Of a stretch of DNA of 64,000 nucleotides, positions 27,646 through 38,472 are shown one piece after another (positions within the stretch are counted from its first letter, which is position 1; each line of letters opens with the position of its first letter). The stretch is from a virus: IMG/VR virus record IMGVR_UViG_3300010311_000130. One strand, given 5' to 3'. The position numbers and the translations under genes are program-made. Below the pieces are notes generated by a model. It did no database searches. It saw nothing but the letters and a program-made list of their open reading frames with translations, and was not told the DNA's origin.

Positions 27646-27670
27646 TAAAAAAGCACACCCGAAGGTGCGC
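27646..27670 (-). terminator. Intrinsic terminator (C-UUCG-G tetraloop)
   Basis: Minus strand GCGCACC TTCG GGTGTGC followed by TTTTT. Confidence 0.8.
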
Positions 27671-27676
27671 TGTAAA

Positions 27677-29028
27677 TTATTCTGCGCATTTCCAAATGTA
27701 GCCTCTGTAGATGTCTTTCTTTCCACGACAGCAGAGCGAAACCATGTTTCTGCCCCAACCGTCCTTTTCTACGTCGGCAAAACTATCAAACACTTTGACA
27801 AGCTGTCCGTCAGGTGTATACTGAGCTATCTTATTACCTTTAGGTGATGGCTTCTTGTTTTTATAGTATTCCTTGTCTGCATTATACTGATCTTGTGTCT
27901 CGCCTTTAAAACGCCAAACGTACCCATAGGCAAAGTCAAATCTTCTATGACAACAAGCACTAACAGTGCGACTTGAATAGTTAGGGCATTTAAAACCTAT
28001 TTCTTCCAAACTGTTGTATTCGGCTACAATATTCATTTCGTTATCATATTGAACAACTGGTTTATACTTGGAGACAGACCAAATATCTTTTAATTCATCT
28101 ATTGTTAAGTTAACTCTTTCATAACGCCAGATATATCCTCCAACAGGGCCGTACTTACCCTTACACGCCATTCCGATATCACTGTTGTTTACCCCCGCGA
28201 CCTCTTGTGCTTGTATCGCAGTATCGTATTCCGCTACAAACTCGCCTAACATGGAATACTGATAAACTTTCTTTTCCCAAGGATAACTTTCCGTAGCAAT
28301 CTCAATACGACGCTGAAGTTCTTCTTCGCTAAAATCTCTATCATAAATCCATATTTTTCCATCTTGGTAACGATGCGGACGTAGACAATCACTTCTAATA
28401 TTTGTAATACCTCTACCAGTTTGATTAGCTGCATCTTTTGGCGTATCATAATGAGCAATTAAATTGCCATCAATGTTATAAACACTCATAGCATTTTTTG
28501 TGCGTTTATTTTCTATTTCTTCGAGCCTTTGAGAAACAAGATTCTTCTCATCAGAATAAACCCAATGCAATGGATTTCCATTATCATCTTTCCCCGCAAA
28601 ACTACGTTTTCCAGAACAGCAAGCACATATAGTTGAAGCTGGAATCCTGTTTCTCTTTCAGCTATTCTTGTACCTTCATATTCTTTGTCTGTTTCAATAC
28701 AATAAACACCCTTCCAAAAATGATTATTGGTTGAGCCGCCTAAGTCGAGATTGAAACCTTTGTTTCTATTTGTTAAATCCCATTTGGCAATTAACTCCCT
28801 CTCCATCGTTGTAGCTTCTTCTTCGGTAAGATTATCAAATAGCACCTCATGTTCAAGGCTATCCCACCCGTGTTTCTTCACGTAATGCCAGAAATATTTT
28901 TGGTTCTTATATCCGATTCCACCATTACGCCAACGATTTTCAACTCCGACTCTTGTTATGCCAACGTATGCCCGTCCATCAATTTTTGATGTGTGCTTAT
29001 AAACGCAATATTCTCTCTTTTCTTCCAT
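27677..29028 (-). pseudogene. GIY-YIG homing endonuclease with multiple NUMOD1-like repeats, frameshifted near 28645
   Basis: YCVYKHTSKIDGRAYVGIT..R N-terminus; adding one A at GGA^TTCCA gives ETGIPASTICACCSGKR..GNPLHWVY, which runs in frame into the 27677-28570 ORF (repeated VYQY...GEFVAEY.S...A...I..CC.GK...GY.W). Confidence 0.85.
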
Positions 29029-29098
29029 ATAAACCTCTTTTCATTCTCATTAGTTATTTTGATAAGACATAAAAATATCCCAATCTTATTCTAATTAT

Positions 29099-29127
29099 AT
29101 TATATCACTAATTTCGCAAGTTGTCAA
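29099..29127 (-). promoter_or_regulatory. Consensus sigmaA promoter for the GIY-YIG gene
   Basis: Minus strand TTGACA-17 nt-TATAAT with extended TG. Confidence 0.8.
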
Positions 29128-29145
29128 GAGGTTTTATAAAAAATA

Positions 29146-29176
29146 GGGGTAAGTTTCTGTAAAAGTTACTTACCCC
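29146..29176 (-). terminator. Intrinsic terminator after the major tail gene pair
   Basis: 9-bp stem GGGGTAAGT/ACTTACCCC followed on the minus strand by TATTTTTT. Confidence 0.75.
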
Positions 29177-29184
29177 CCTTTCTA

Positions 29185-29496
29185 TCATTCAAATAATTTA
29201 GATTTCTTTGTGATCTTGCTTGTTTTATTTTTTTCACCGATTATTTCACGAACACATTTTTCTACGTTAGGTAGCATCCAAGATAGGTCATCATTAGCGT
29301 GAACTCCACACTTTTCAGCAAATGCTTCGATAGCCTGTTCCTTTGTAAATACGCCACTACGATATTCTTCGATAGTCACATGCACCATATAATGTTCTAT
29401 GGTGTCAGCTACATATTTCCATCCATGGGTTCGACTACAAGTGGGGCAATACTCATGCAATGCCCCACAAACCCAACACTCTGTCATTCTACTCAT
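29185..29496 (-). CDS. Zn-finger hypothetical protein
   Basis: CWVCG..HEYCPTC N-terminus; follows the major tail gene. Confidence 0.75.
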   Translation of the reverse strand: MSRMTECWVCGALHEYCPTCSRTHGWKYVADTIEHYMVHVTIEEYRSGVFTKEQAIEAFAEKCGVHANDDLSWMLPNVEKCVREIIGEKNKTSKITKKSKLFE

Positions 29497-29498
29497 AA

Positions 29499-30332
29499 TC
29501 AGTTATGCCATGCAAAATCTTCGTCTGCCACTGAGATTTCGTAGAAAGATTTATCTTCCTGACAATATGAATAGCAAAGATCGAGAGTAATGCTGATAGT
29601 GTCCTCAAGATTAAAGCCGATTGTATTGCCTGTCTGTGGCTTTGCCGAGGGGCAAGTTAACCAGAGTGCTCTGACCACGCTGTCATTACAGAGGTCTACT
29701 GCAAGCACAAGGAATCTAACCTTAGATGAATCGGGGAATTTGTCAGCCGCATTTGCGACTCTAACACCAGATGTTACAGAATATTCATAGATAATCTCAA
29801 TCTTAGTGCCAGCCTTAAATACAGTAGCATCGGTAGGGAAGTAAACCCTATGATGTGTTGAGTCATAATAGAACTTAGTAGTTGTTGCAGCGGATGAAAC
29901 CTGAGAATAGTTTTTGTCAAGAGAACCATCTGTTGTCAAAGTATGGAATGAAATCTTATATGTTCCGCCTGTTTCAGCAACAGGAATCTTGCTGAGTGTA
30001 ACATAACCGGCTGTTACATCAGCAGCCTTGAGAGTAAATCTTTCAATATAAGGCACTCTAATAGGAGCATCACTTGACGCGTCCTCCTTTTTAACGCCAT
30101 TAAGTGCCGCTACAAGAGAAAGGTCTAACACAGATGAATCGAAACTAACTTGACAAGATTTATTTTTGTTAACAGTAAAGATAACAGATCCGTTAGCATC
30201 ACGTTTCTCTGTTGTCTCCCCGTCCTGAGTAATCTGAAGATTCTCGACATTGCTGCACATCCACGCCAACGTGTCATCTCCACGGAAGCCCCATGCGCCG
30301 ATAATCTGCTTAATAGCAATACTATTTATCAT
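29499..30332 (-). CDS. Major tail (tube) protein
   Basis: Position after the head-tail genes and before chaperone/tape measure; Thr/Ser/Ala-rich beta-structured 277-aa protein; strong RBS. Confidence 0.8.
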   Translation of the reverse strand: MINSIAIKQIIGAWGFRGDDTLAWMCSNVENLQITQDGETTEKRDANGSVIFTVNKNKSCQVSFDSSVLDLSLVAALNGVKKEDASSDAPIRVPYIERFTLKAADVTAGYVTLSKIPVAETGGTYKISFHTLTTDGSLDKNYSQVSSAATTTKFYYDSTHHRVYFPTDATVFKAGTKIEIIYEYSVTSGVRVANAADKFPDSSKVRFLVLAVDLCNDSVVRALWLTCPSAKPQTGNTIGFNLEDTISITLDLCYSYCQEDKSFYEISVADEDFAWHN

Positions 30333-30347
30333 ATTTTACCACCTTTC

Positions 30348-31085
30348 TTAAAGTATTTTAGTTTTAATAGGTCGCATCCAATCCAAATCCTTTTTGTTTA
30401 TATTCTTGTACGAAATCGTACCCGCATACAAACCACGATTCAGATTATCAGCGTTTTGTTTATAACCTAAACGAATGATTGCGTCATTGAACTGACCAAT
30501 CTTTAATTTGAGCACAGCATCATAGCTATGCCATTCCGCCGCCAAAGAAGAAACGAGTGCCGCATATTGAGAATTTTCGCCAAACAATTCAACTTTTCTC
30601 TGTGCTCTGTCGATGTTCTTCTTTTGCTGTCGTATCATCAAATCATGCGTAAACTTATTCTCACATGATGTCAGATTATTTTTAGGCAAACCGTTCATTC
30701 GCCTTACGCAATCAGCCAATCTCTCCCTTGTATGCGAATCAATAATAGCCCCGTTTTCGTGAACCAGTATCAAATCTTCGCCCTGCATTGCGGGTTTGAA
30801 TTTCTCAAAATCCAAGTCGCCAAACAACAGTTTAGAACTGCTTAAAGGGGTTGAAGTAACCAATATGCAAAAAAGTTTAAACGGCTTTATTTTTTCAAAA
30901 TCTATACCCATCTGATCTAAATAGTACGGCATATCAAATGGTTCTGATGTGAAGGAACTAAGCGCCCTAAGATATTCGTCCTCGGCATTAAGCACTTCTT
31001 CAACCGTAGGCTGATAAAGCGTAATGCCAACACCTATATCAAATGGTTTTCCCGTAAGTAAGCGAGCTTCGTCAATCGCAAACAT
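30348..31085 (-). CDS. Conserved virion morphogenesis protein
   Basis: Uninterrupted ORF in the neck/tail block. Confidence 0.65.
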   Translation of the reverse strand: MFAIDEARLLTGKPFDIGVGITLYQPTVEEVLNAEDEYLRALSSFTSEPFDMPYYLDQMGIDFEKIKPFKLFCILVTSTPLSSSKLLFGDLDFEKFKPAMQGEDLILVHENGAIIDSHTRERLADCVRRMNGLPKNNLTSCENKFTHDLMIRQQKKNIDRAQRKVELFGENSQYAALVSSLAAEWHSYDAVLKLKIGQFNDAIIRLGYKQNADNLNRGLYAGTISYKNINKKDLDWMRPIKTKIL

Positions 31086-31089
31086 CTAA

Positions 31090-31581
31090 TCACCCACAAA
31101 CGCCTACAGCATCCACTGCCTCGAAAACGAGTTGTCTGAATCTATAGGTATTATTAATGCTACCTGCCGTGTCCGACTTTAACTGAAGCGTACCGACACC
31201 AAAGTCTTGTCTGCCCTCATACTTATCCTCGATAAGCTCCGCAAGGTAGTCCATACGAGTTCCGCTTTCGCCAGCCATATTCATGCGCATATCCTCTTGA
31301 TGAGTAAGCACATAGAACACAATTGTCGGGTGAACCCAAATGTTACTTTCGCTACTTCCGTAACGTGTGCGCCTTTCGGGAATATCAATCTCGACGAGGA
31401 TATAACTACGCACACTTTCCTCTGTTTGAGGAATAAAATAATGAGGGAATAGCCTATGCCATACAAGATCATCTGGATCTTCGTCAGGATTAAGTCCTAA
31501 TGCATTGATAATCTCATCGTCCTGAGACAGTTCTGCCATAATCTTGTTTTTGAATTGTCGTATACATTTCGATTTAGCCAC
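31090..31581 (-). CDS. Tail terminator-like protein
   Basis: Size and position; R.DYLAELI...F.GR..FG.G.LQL pattern. Confidence 0.5.
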   Translation of the reverse strand: MAKSKCIRQFKNKIMAELSQDDEIINALGLNPDEDPDDLVWHRLFPHYFIPQTEESVRSYILVEIDIPERRTRYGSSESNIWVHPTIVFYVLTHQEDMRMNMAGESGTRMDYLAELIEDKYEGRQDFGVGTLQLKSDTAGSINNTYRFRQLVFEAVDAVGVCG

Positions 31582-31595
31582 GCATTAGCACCTCC

Positions 31596-32579
31596 TTAAA
31601 CCGCCCCAATTACGTCAACAAGCAACACGCTTCTTGCACCGCCACCTGCGACTTCTACCTTAAAAGTTGCCCCAACTAAAGCCGAGTCATTAGCACACTT
31701 GACAACGCATTTGTTGCCAGTCTGCTCCATTGTCAGCTTGCCGTTCAACAATGCGGAATTAATGAGAGAGAACACAACTTCATTCTCAGTCTCCGCCGTA
31801 AAGGTCTTACGACCACCGATACGCATTTCGGGGTTGCCACTATAATGTATGAGGATGGGAGAAGTAGGCTGCGGCACATCTGATGGATCAACGTAATTGC
31901 AAAGCATCAAGTCGATTCTGTCAACATCGGGATTGATTTCTGTTTCAGTAAGAACTAAAAGAATACAACCCTTACCATCATATCTTGGCTCGGCAACTCC
32001 ATCGTAGCCCATAGTAACAGTATCAGTACGTGTAATGTCATAACATTTTGGCGATTCCGTATTAAAGTCAACCATAAGTCGCTTGTCGGATTTCAATTTC
32101 ATAGTTTCCTCGTCTATTGGTAAATAAATCATCAACTGGTTAGAACCCACAACAATGATATTATTATATTTTTCGCCGTTGTTATATTTAGAGGCGCTGA
32201 GTACAACAGCCCAACGCTCAATTACTTCAGCATCTTTATTCTGCCATTTGAGCAAATAATTGCACTGTTGCATCTTACCATAAGTGTATACTTCTTTATC
32301 CCAGTCACACGAAACTATAAGCCACATTGAGTCAGCCCATTCAACCAGATCGCCAGCATTAAAATATTCGTCAGGCAAACTTTTTACATCTTTGTAGTAG
32401 GGAAGTGTGCCATCGTCAATGACAAGACTTTGGTTCATGCCGTTTACTAAACACGATTTACAAGAGAGGGAATTAACAGCAAGATTTTTGAGATAACGCT
32501 TTTGATAATAAAGAGTACGCTCACGCTCAGTATCGCCACGCTGATTAACTCTTGCCACATAAGCATCAAAACTCGCCAC
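31596..32579 (-). CDS. Head-closure/neck protein-like
   Basis: Position after the connector genes; C-terminal Ig-like segment. Confidence 0.5.
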   Translation of the reverse strand: MASFDAYVARVNQRGDTERERTLYYQKRYLKNLAVNSLSCKSCLVNGMNQSLVIDDGTLPYYKDVKSLPDEYFNAGDLVEWADSMWLIVSCDWDKEVYTYGKMQQCNYLLKWQNKDAEVIERWAVVLSASKYNNGEKYNNIIVVGSNQLMIYLPIDEETMKLKSDKRLMVDFNTESPKCYDITRTDTVTMGYDGVAEPRYDGKGCILLVLTETEINPDVDRIDLMLCNYVDPSDVPQPTSPILIHYSGNPEMRIGGRKTFTAETENEVVFSLINSALLNGKLTMEQTGNKCVVKCANDSALVGATFKVEVAGGGARSVLLVDVIGAV

Positions 32580-32580
32580 T

Positions 32581-32901
32581 TCATCCCTCCTCTCTAATAT
32601 TCTTTTTTACGCTTTCTACAAGGTGTATCGCCTTAAAGACTTCCCGCTTACAAACAGCAACGTCACATTCTTCAACAGCAAGAAAATTGACAACATTTAT
32701 GAGAGCGAAGAATTGTGGCTCGTCTGCGAGTTCATCCCACAACTTATAGCAACCCACAAGCTCACTCTCCAAACTACGCAAATACGATGGGAGCGTACTG
32801 CATTGTTCTTCTTTCATTGGCAATATCTTAAACACCTTGTCAATCAGATTTTGCAAATAGCCGTCTAATGCCCTTAAGGGCACCCTTACATCTTTGCTCA
32901 T
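32581..32901 (-). CDS. Hypothetical structural-module protein
   Basis: Translationally coupled to neighbours. Confidence 0.65.
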   Translation of the reverse strand: MSKDVRVPLRALDGYLQNLIDKVFKILPMKEEQCSTLPSYLRSLESELVGCYKLWDELADEPQFFALINVVNFLAVEECDVAVCKREVFKAIHLVESVKKNIREEG

Positions 32902-33323
32902 CTCATCTCTCCTATGTTGTTCATCCTAAAGGAATACTCGTTAATCATAGACCTTGCTCTGCTATGAGCCAACTCATATGACTCACGATTTTCCTTTTGA
33001 AGATTAGCAGGAGAGAATGTTGTAAAATCCTTTGTGCTAAGTTTATTACGCAACAGCTCAGTAAAGTTGAGATGCGGCTTATACCATGCCTCAACCATCA
33101 GCTCTGAGAGGATGTCTATTTCGTAATCGTCAAGATCATCCTCCCAGCCCGACGTTGTTACTGTATGCAAATCCTTTTTACAAGATTCGCTGAATTTCAC
33201 AACAGCTTGTTTGAGCAAATCAGACATAACGCTATTCGCAGCTTCCTCGGTCATATCAGCCAGATCAGAGTCGGTGATTTTGCCGAGAAAACTCTCATAC
33301 ACAACGCTGTAGTCTGTTGCCAT
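32898..33323 (-). CDS. Head-tail connector/adaptor-like protein
   Basis: MAT.YS.VYESFL.KITD N-terminus; position two genes after the capsid. Confidence 0.55.
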   Translation of the reverse strand: MATDYSVVYESFLGKITDSDLADMTEEAANSVMSDLLKQAVVKFSESCKKDLHTVTTSGWEDDLDDYEIDILSELMVEAWYKPHLNFTELLRNKLSTKDFTTFSPANLQKENRESYELAHSRARSMINEYSFRMNNIGEMR

Positions 33324-33325
33324 AT

Positions 33326-33796
33326 TTACACCTCGTTAAAATCGACATCAAGAACTTTTTCAAGAGTGGCGATTTTTGCTTTGGAATCCATGCGTGAATC
33401 ACCGTCCTGATACAATCTTTTCGCATATGAAGTGAATGTACTGCGATAATCCGCACTCATTCCTTTAAGGTAGTCAGCAATTTCCTTTGGCTTCATAGAT
33501 ATAAGAACTTCAACATCCTTAAATTTATCAGCGTCAGGATAATATTCAGACACACCAAGAGCTTCGTAAAGCTGACTTGCTGTATAGTCCTTCGTGGATT
33601 CGAGGATAAGCCAATTCTTCTCGAAAGACTTTCTCCCGTATTTTCGGATATCCTTGACACCACTCCATGGCATATCTACGACATCGCCAATGTGATACCA
33701 CTTTTCATTCCAGCCATTATCGCTAAATGTAAGAGTACCATCAAAATTAGACTTTACAGGAACGATATAATCATCGCTAATAGTTATTCTTTCCAT
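33326..33796 (-). CDS. Hypothetical head-module protein
   Basis: AAGGAG RBS; directly after the capsid gene. Confidence 0.65.
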   Translation of the reverse strand: MERITISDDYIVPVKSNFDGTLTFSDNGWNEKWYHIGDVVDMPWSGVKDIRKYGRKSFEKNWLILESTKDYTASQLYEALGVSEYYPDADKFKDVEVLISMKPKEIADYLKGMSADYRSTFTSYAKRLYQDGDSRMDSKAKIATLEKVLDVDFNEV

Positions 33797-33823
33797 ATGT
33801 TAATCTCCTTTTATTCCTTAAAA

Positions 33824-34789
33824 TTAAAGCTGGTATACGCCAACCTTGCCAGCCATGATAACTTCAACACCGTAAGTGCGCTCAATCATGAGTTCCTGTG
33901 TCTTGTCGGCTGTCTCTGTGAAGTTGTGTGCGATTGTGAGAGTATCGCCCTCATCGAACATCTTGATAAACTTATCGTCAGAGCCGATTACGAAAATCTT
34001 GTCAGTAGGAACGTTCTTGCCAGAGATACGGAATGTATCGTAGCCGTTGAACTTGCCCATATAGCCGAAGTTGTAGTAGTCTCTTCTTACCTCGTCACCA
34101 GCCATAGAAGTAGTGAGGTTGCGGAGAGCCTGAAGTGAACCGAAAATCTTAGGTGTATTGCCATCATTCTCAACAGTTGTGAGAAGGTCGATCATGCTAC
34201 TCTCACTGAAAGTTGTACCAGCAGAACCCTTAGAATAATTGCCAGAAGCGGTAATGCCGTTGAATGCAGTAACTACTGCGTTGAATCTATCATTGTCAAA
34301 TGACTTGCCGATCTTTTCAACAAACTTAGCCCAGTTAATGCGGTTAGCAGCAAGACGTACCATTTCTTCGTAAATCTTGATAGCCTTAGTAGTTGTCTTT
34401 ACTGAGAACTCTCTGCCAAGCATACGCTGTCTGCGAACACCCTGAGTACCGTGTGTGATTACGTCAACATGAAGAAGATCGCTACCTTCTACTGTAAACT
34501 TATTCTTGTCGCCAAGTGCAGCAGACTTGAAATCAACAAAGTTCCAGATTTCAGAGTTCTCCTGTGCTGAAAGATCGAGAGCTACATCAATAAGCTCATT
34601 GATAATCTCGAAGTCAACCTTGTTATAGGCAAGAGCGTTTCTTACTGCTTTAGTGTCATTAAGGTTTGCGCCGTTAAAAGCCTTGCAGAGTGCGTTGCGA
34701 ATCATATCTTCGCCAGTTTCGCCGTTCTCAAACGTTACATCAACGCCGTTGTAAACGTCGATAGCAAGCTGTCTTAAATCCTTACTCAT
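33824..34789 (-). CDS. Major capsid protein
   Basis: Start ATG 34789 behind AAAGGTGG; follows scaffold and decoration genes; G.VRRQR.....V.T....IKIYEE segment. Confidence 0.85.
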   Translation of the reverse strand: MSKDLRQLAIDVYNGVDVTFENGETGEDMIRNALCKAFNGANLNDTKAVRNALAYNKVDFEIINELIDVALDLSAQENSEIWNFVDFKSAALGDKNKFTVEGSDLLHVDVITHGTQGVRRQRMLGREFSVKTTTKAIKIYEEMVRLAANRINWAKFVEKIGKSFDNDRFNAVVTAFNGITASGNYSKGSAGTTFSESSMIDLLTTVENDGNTPKIFGSLQALRNLTTSMAGDEVRRDYYNFGYMGKFNGYDTFRISGKNVPTDKIFVIGSDDKFIKMFDEGDTLTIAHNFTETADKTQELMIERTYGVEVIMAGKVGVYQL

Positions 34790-34814
34790 ATTATTACCAC
34801 CTTTCTTGTCTTGA

Positions 34815-35291
34815 TTAGAGGACTTCAAATCCGTAGAATGTTACGCCGTCCTGAACGTCAGAATTGAGGAACTGTGCAAAAGCTTTTGTGCTTGCGCTTG
34901 ATACAGTCCACGTGCCGTTGCCAGCAGCGATATACTTATTTGTAGTTGTAGGAATAGCAGAAAGAACCTCAGATGTTACTGAGAAAATGTCATACTTTTC
35001 CATTGCTACTGCTCTGCCGATTGCACCAGAAGCGTTTGAAAATTCGCCAAGTGTATACTTTTCATAGTCAAGCTCAGGAGTTGCAACTACAAAAACAGCA
35101 GTTGCTTCTGCACCTGTTGCAGCAGAAGTTGTAAATACTTCTCTTTTGCCAGCATACTTGCCAGTTGTAGCGAGTGCGCCAAGTGTGATAGGAGCGCCGT
35201 TGTCGATTTCACCATATGTTTCAATTGTTCTGATCTTCGCAGGATCGTGTGTATAAGTGCAATTGTCACTTCTAAAAATTCCGTGTGCCAT
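34815..35291 (-). CDS. Head decoration / capsid-stabilising protein
   Basis: Small Ala/Thr-rich protein between scaffold and capsid genes. Confidence 0.6.
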   Translation of the reverse strand: MAHGIFRSDNCTYTHDPAKIRTIETYGEIDNGAPITLGALATTGKYAGKREVFTTSAATGAEATAVFVVATPELDYEKYTLGEFSNASGAIGRAVAMEKYDIFSVTSEVLSAIPTTTNKYIAAGNGTWTVSSASTKAFAQFLNSDVQDGVTFYGFEVL

Positions 35292-35309
35292 ATTTTTACC
35301 TTCCTTTCG

Positions 35310-36731
35310 TTATCTTGTTTTATAATCTTCGTACACATTGCCGTAACGATTTACAAACTTTGATTCAGGTGTTTCGTCAAGTGCAAATGTGATTGTAGCC
35401 TCTGTTTCAGGCTCTACTTCTGCTGTCTTTGTCTCTGTCATGGCAAACTTGCCAACAAGGATAAGACATTCTCTTTCAAGGTCTGCGATAGAATACTCGC
35501 CAGCCTTTGTCTTGAGTTCTACATATTCAGCCATTTCGCCTATGCGAGAATCATACTTTGCAAATACATCGTTTTCAGCATTTTCTCTCTCTGCCTTTTC
35601 AGCCGCAAGCTTGTAGGGCGTAAGAGCTTCAACGCTCTGTGTAAGTTCTGCAACCTGTGCCTGTACAGCAGAATAGTTATTTCTTGCTTCTTCTACAGTA
35701 TCGGCTTCTTCAATAGTGAGCCACATAACTCGCATTTCCTCAAATTCTGAATTGATAGTAGCCTCGTTTTCACCAATACTATAAGCAACCCTACCATACT
35801 TTCTTTCACAAGTATCTTCAGCGTAGTTGTAAACATATCTCTCAATGTAAGCATAATTATCATCGAAATCTTCAAGATAGTACCAAACATCAAAAGAGTC
35901 TGTAACCTTATTTAATCCCCTAACTGCACTACCAATCTTTTCCCATTTCTCATTTGCGGTAAGCTGAAAATCCGAAATTGAATATGTAGGCTCTGGTTCA
36001 GTAACAGGCTCAACTGTCGCTACAGGTTCATTTGTAATGTTGTTGTTCTCCAATTCTCCACCTTCTTTCTGTGAATTAAAGCATTTGTTCATAGCTGTCT
36101 TGAGTTCTTCAAATTTAGCTGTAAACTCATCTGCATTAAAGTTTACAGGTTCAACACGAGCTGACAAGAAACACGGCTCTACGTTTTCTTCTGGTTTATC
36201 CGATTTGTTCAAAAGACAAAGAGCGTCAAATGAAAATTCAAGCAATTCAATATAATTTGAATCCGAATCTAACGGACGATACTGAGAAACATTAAGTTCC
36301 ATTGACTGATTAAAATACACATCATCAGAATATATCGCTTCTTTTAAATCAGGATATCTTCCCGTCCAAAGCACAGCATTTGCCGTAAGATATTCAACAT
36401 CAGTGCCATATTCATTAATAGTTTCCCAACCAAACGAATTTTCCATTACTACGCCAAACGGAGTGCAAAGTGAAACGATATTATAATTTTCGTCAAATGC
36501 ACAATCGTGTCCGCCAAGCCTATAATTGCCGTCATCATCCTTGAACAGATGCCCTACGACTGGAACGTAATTAAGAGTGTTTAACTTTTCCTCTACTCTG
36601 TCTTTGGCTATATAAGACATATTGCGATTCTTACCACAACCCATTACATAAACCTTAACAAGAGTAAATTCGCTATTAAGTTCTTCTATCACAGAAAACT
36701 TAGTGCAAGCATTAACATTAAACTTCTCCAT
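35310..36731 (-). CDS. Prohead protease/scaffold protein
   Basis: N-terminal G.NRN.SYI...PVVGH...GHD and QSME protease-like motifs; acidic coiled C-terminal scaffold. Confidence 0.75.
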   Translation of the reverse strand: MEKFNVNACTKFSVIEELNSEFTLVKVYVMGCGKNRNMSYIAKDRVEEKLNTLNYVPVVGHLFKDDDGNYRLGGHDCAFDENYNIVSLCTPFGVVMENSFGWETINEYGTDVEYLTANAVLWTGRYPDLKEAIYSDDVYFNQSMELNVSQYRPLDSDSNYIELLEFSFDALCLLNKSDKPEENVEPCFLSARVEPVNFNADEFTAKFEELKTAMNKCFNSQKEGGELENNNITNEPVATVEPVTEPEPTYSISDFQLTANEKWEKIGSAVRGLNKVTDSFDVWYYLEDFDDNYAYIERYVYNYAEDTCERKYGRVAYSIGENEATINSEFEEMRVMWLTIEEADTVEEARNNYSAVQAQVAELTQSVEALTPYKLAAEKAERENAENDVFAKYDSRIGEMAEYVELKTKAGEYSIADLERECLILVGKFAMTETKTAEVEPETEATITFALDETPESKFVNRYGNVYEDYKTR

Positions 36732-36767
36732 TGCTTTTACCTCCTTTCCTTTGTTTTCTCTCAAAAC

Positions 36768-36965
36768 TCAGAAGAACAGTTTGTTGCTTCGCATATAATG
36801 CCATTCCTCGTCGCTGTATCTCTCAGTGAGAAACTTCTGCAACTCTGCTGTGTCGGCAAAAGCATAAACCGTTTTACCGCCAATCTCTGTTTTTGTATAA
36901 GTAAAGCCTAAAGCTACCAGTTCTTCCTGCGCTTTAGGCTCAACTACCGTTATAAATTTGTTCAC
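36768..36965 (-). CDS. Small hypothetical protein
   Basis: GTG start behind GAGGTGG; between portal and protease. Confidence 0.6.
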   Translation of the reverse strand: MNKFITVVEPKAQEELVALGFTYTKTEIGGKTVYAFADTAELQKFLTERYSDEEWHYMRSNKLFF

Positions 36966-36975
36966 GATACCCACC

Positions 36976-38457
36976 TCACTTGTAGTCATCGTTATTAGAA
37001 ATATTTAACTCCGTATTCTCGGACGGAGTGTCTGTCTCTGGTCTACCAACCTCACCGTTACTCAAAGTATTGCTACTTATAAGTGGTCTATTATAAATAT
37101 CCACACCGCAACCAAGCACTTCGTTTTCAAGGTAACTTGCCGTATAAGCATCAATAGGTTCTTGACCGAGTGCTGCCGCATAAAGCAGTTTAGACGGAAC
37201 GCCATACATTGCCGCCTTTTGCATACGATTTGCAACTTCATCTTTATTGAAACTGTACTGATCTAAGAAATAAATCTCAAACAGATAATCCTCATGAAGC
37301 GACATTTCACGCTGATACTTGACATTGAACACTCGCTCAATTTGACGAAGTAACTTCATCATCATGGTTGCATCTACTATAAGTGAAAGCTCAATAACCT
37401 TGTAAGTCGGATTTGCACCCACGCCAAACAGTAGTGGAGATGAACCCATATTATCAAACAATGTTCTTGTAGCATCTTCCGTATAATCGTTTGCGGAGTT
37501 CTGTGTATCTTTAAGAGTAATGCTCTCTGCCTTAAACGGATTGACTGCTATACCAATGCCCTCTGGGACTGCGCCAGCGATTTGGCGGTAGTAGCGTTCT
37601 ATTTGCTCGTAGGACAATGCAGGATTGCCGTCAGTATCGGTTTCAACCGTATAGTTAATTAACTTGTAGTTGTCAAGTATTGCACCGTCTTTCTTAATCT
37701 CTTGATAAGTTTCAAGGTCAATAATTGCCTTAAAGCAACCAATAAACGGAGGCATTATAAATGGGTATTCCTCGTCAAACTTAATGCAAATCTGATTTTT
37801 GGGAATGAACCACCTAAGAGTTTTGTCACCCTCAATACCCTTTTCCTTATCACCCTTATATGCGGTATAAGCCTTTACAAACTCAGAACCATGAGAGGGG
37901 AGTAGGAGCTTGGTTTTCTTATCATTGAAGTAACTAAGGTCAAACGCAAATCGCCATACGCCGTTTTCAACTGCGGCAAGCCGGCAGTATTTGTGCATCA
38001 GTGGCTTCAAGAAGAAACTGCGCTTATTCTCAATCATAAGCCCGTAATAAATGCCGTCCACAAGCACTCGTAGCATTATCTGTGGATTGATGTCCTTGAA
38101 CTTGAAACGATTACATTTGATGGCGTAGTTAATATACTGCTCCTCAAATTTATCCTTATCAAGTGTCTTGACGTTTTCAATCGCCCGTATAACATAATTG
38201 TTTGTCAATATGGTTGACAGCATTATGAGTTCTCTGCGATAGTGTGGACTGACCGCAAAATAGAAACGGCTTATGTCCCGCAGAATCTCTTGGTTTCGGG
38301 GACTGGTAGGATCGGACAGTGCGCCGAGGATTACCTTGCGTGGATAGCGTCTAAGAAATACTGAAACTTCGTCCATGTTCTGTTTGAGATCAAGCAGTAT
38401 GTCGGAACGCAATTTCGCAAAGCGTTGCAAGTTATAAAATTCCTGAATATCTTCCAT
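36976..38457 (-). CDS. Portal protein
   Basis: 493 aa directly after the terminase large subunit; S..FYAVS..YRR, PPFIG.F..IIDL segments. Confidence 0.8.
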   Translation of the reverse strand: MEDIQEFYNLQRFAKLRSDILLDLKQNMDEVSVFLRRYPRKVILGALSDPTSPRNQEILRDISRFYFAVSPHYRRELIMLSTILTNNYVIRAIENVKTLDKDKFEEQYINYAIKCNRFKFKDINPQIMLRVLVDGIYYGLMIENKRSFFLKPLMHKYCRLAAVENGVWRFAFDLSYFNDKKTKLLLPSHGSEFVKAYTAYKGDKEKGIEGDKTLRWFIPKNQICIKFDEEYPFIMPPFIGCFKAIIDLETYQEIKKDGAILDNYKLINYTVETDTDGNPALSYEQIERYYRQIAGAVPEGIGIAVNPFKAESITLKDTQNSANDYTEDATRTLFDNMGSSPLLFGVGANPTYKVIELSLIVDATMMMKLLRQIERVFNVKYQREMSLHEDYLFEIYFLDQYSFNKDEVANRMQKAAMYGVPSKLLYAAALGQEPIDAYTASYLENEVLGCGVDIYNRPLISSNTLSNGEVGRPETDTPSENTELNISNNDDYK

Positions 38458-38472
38458 AGTTCACCGTCCTTT

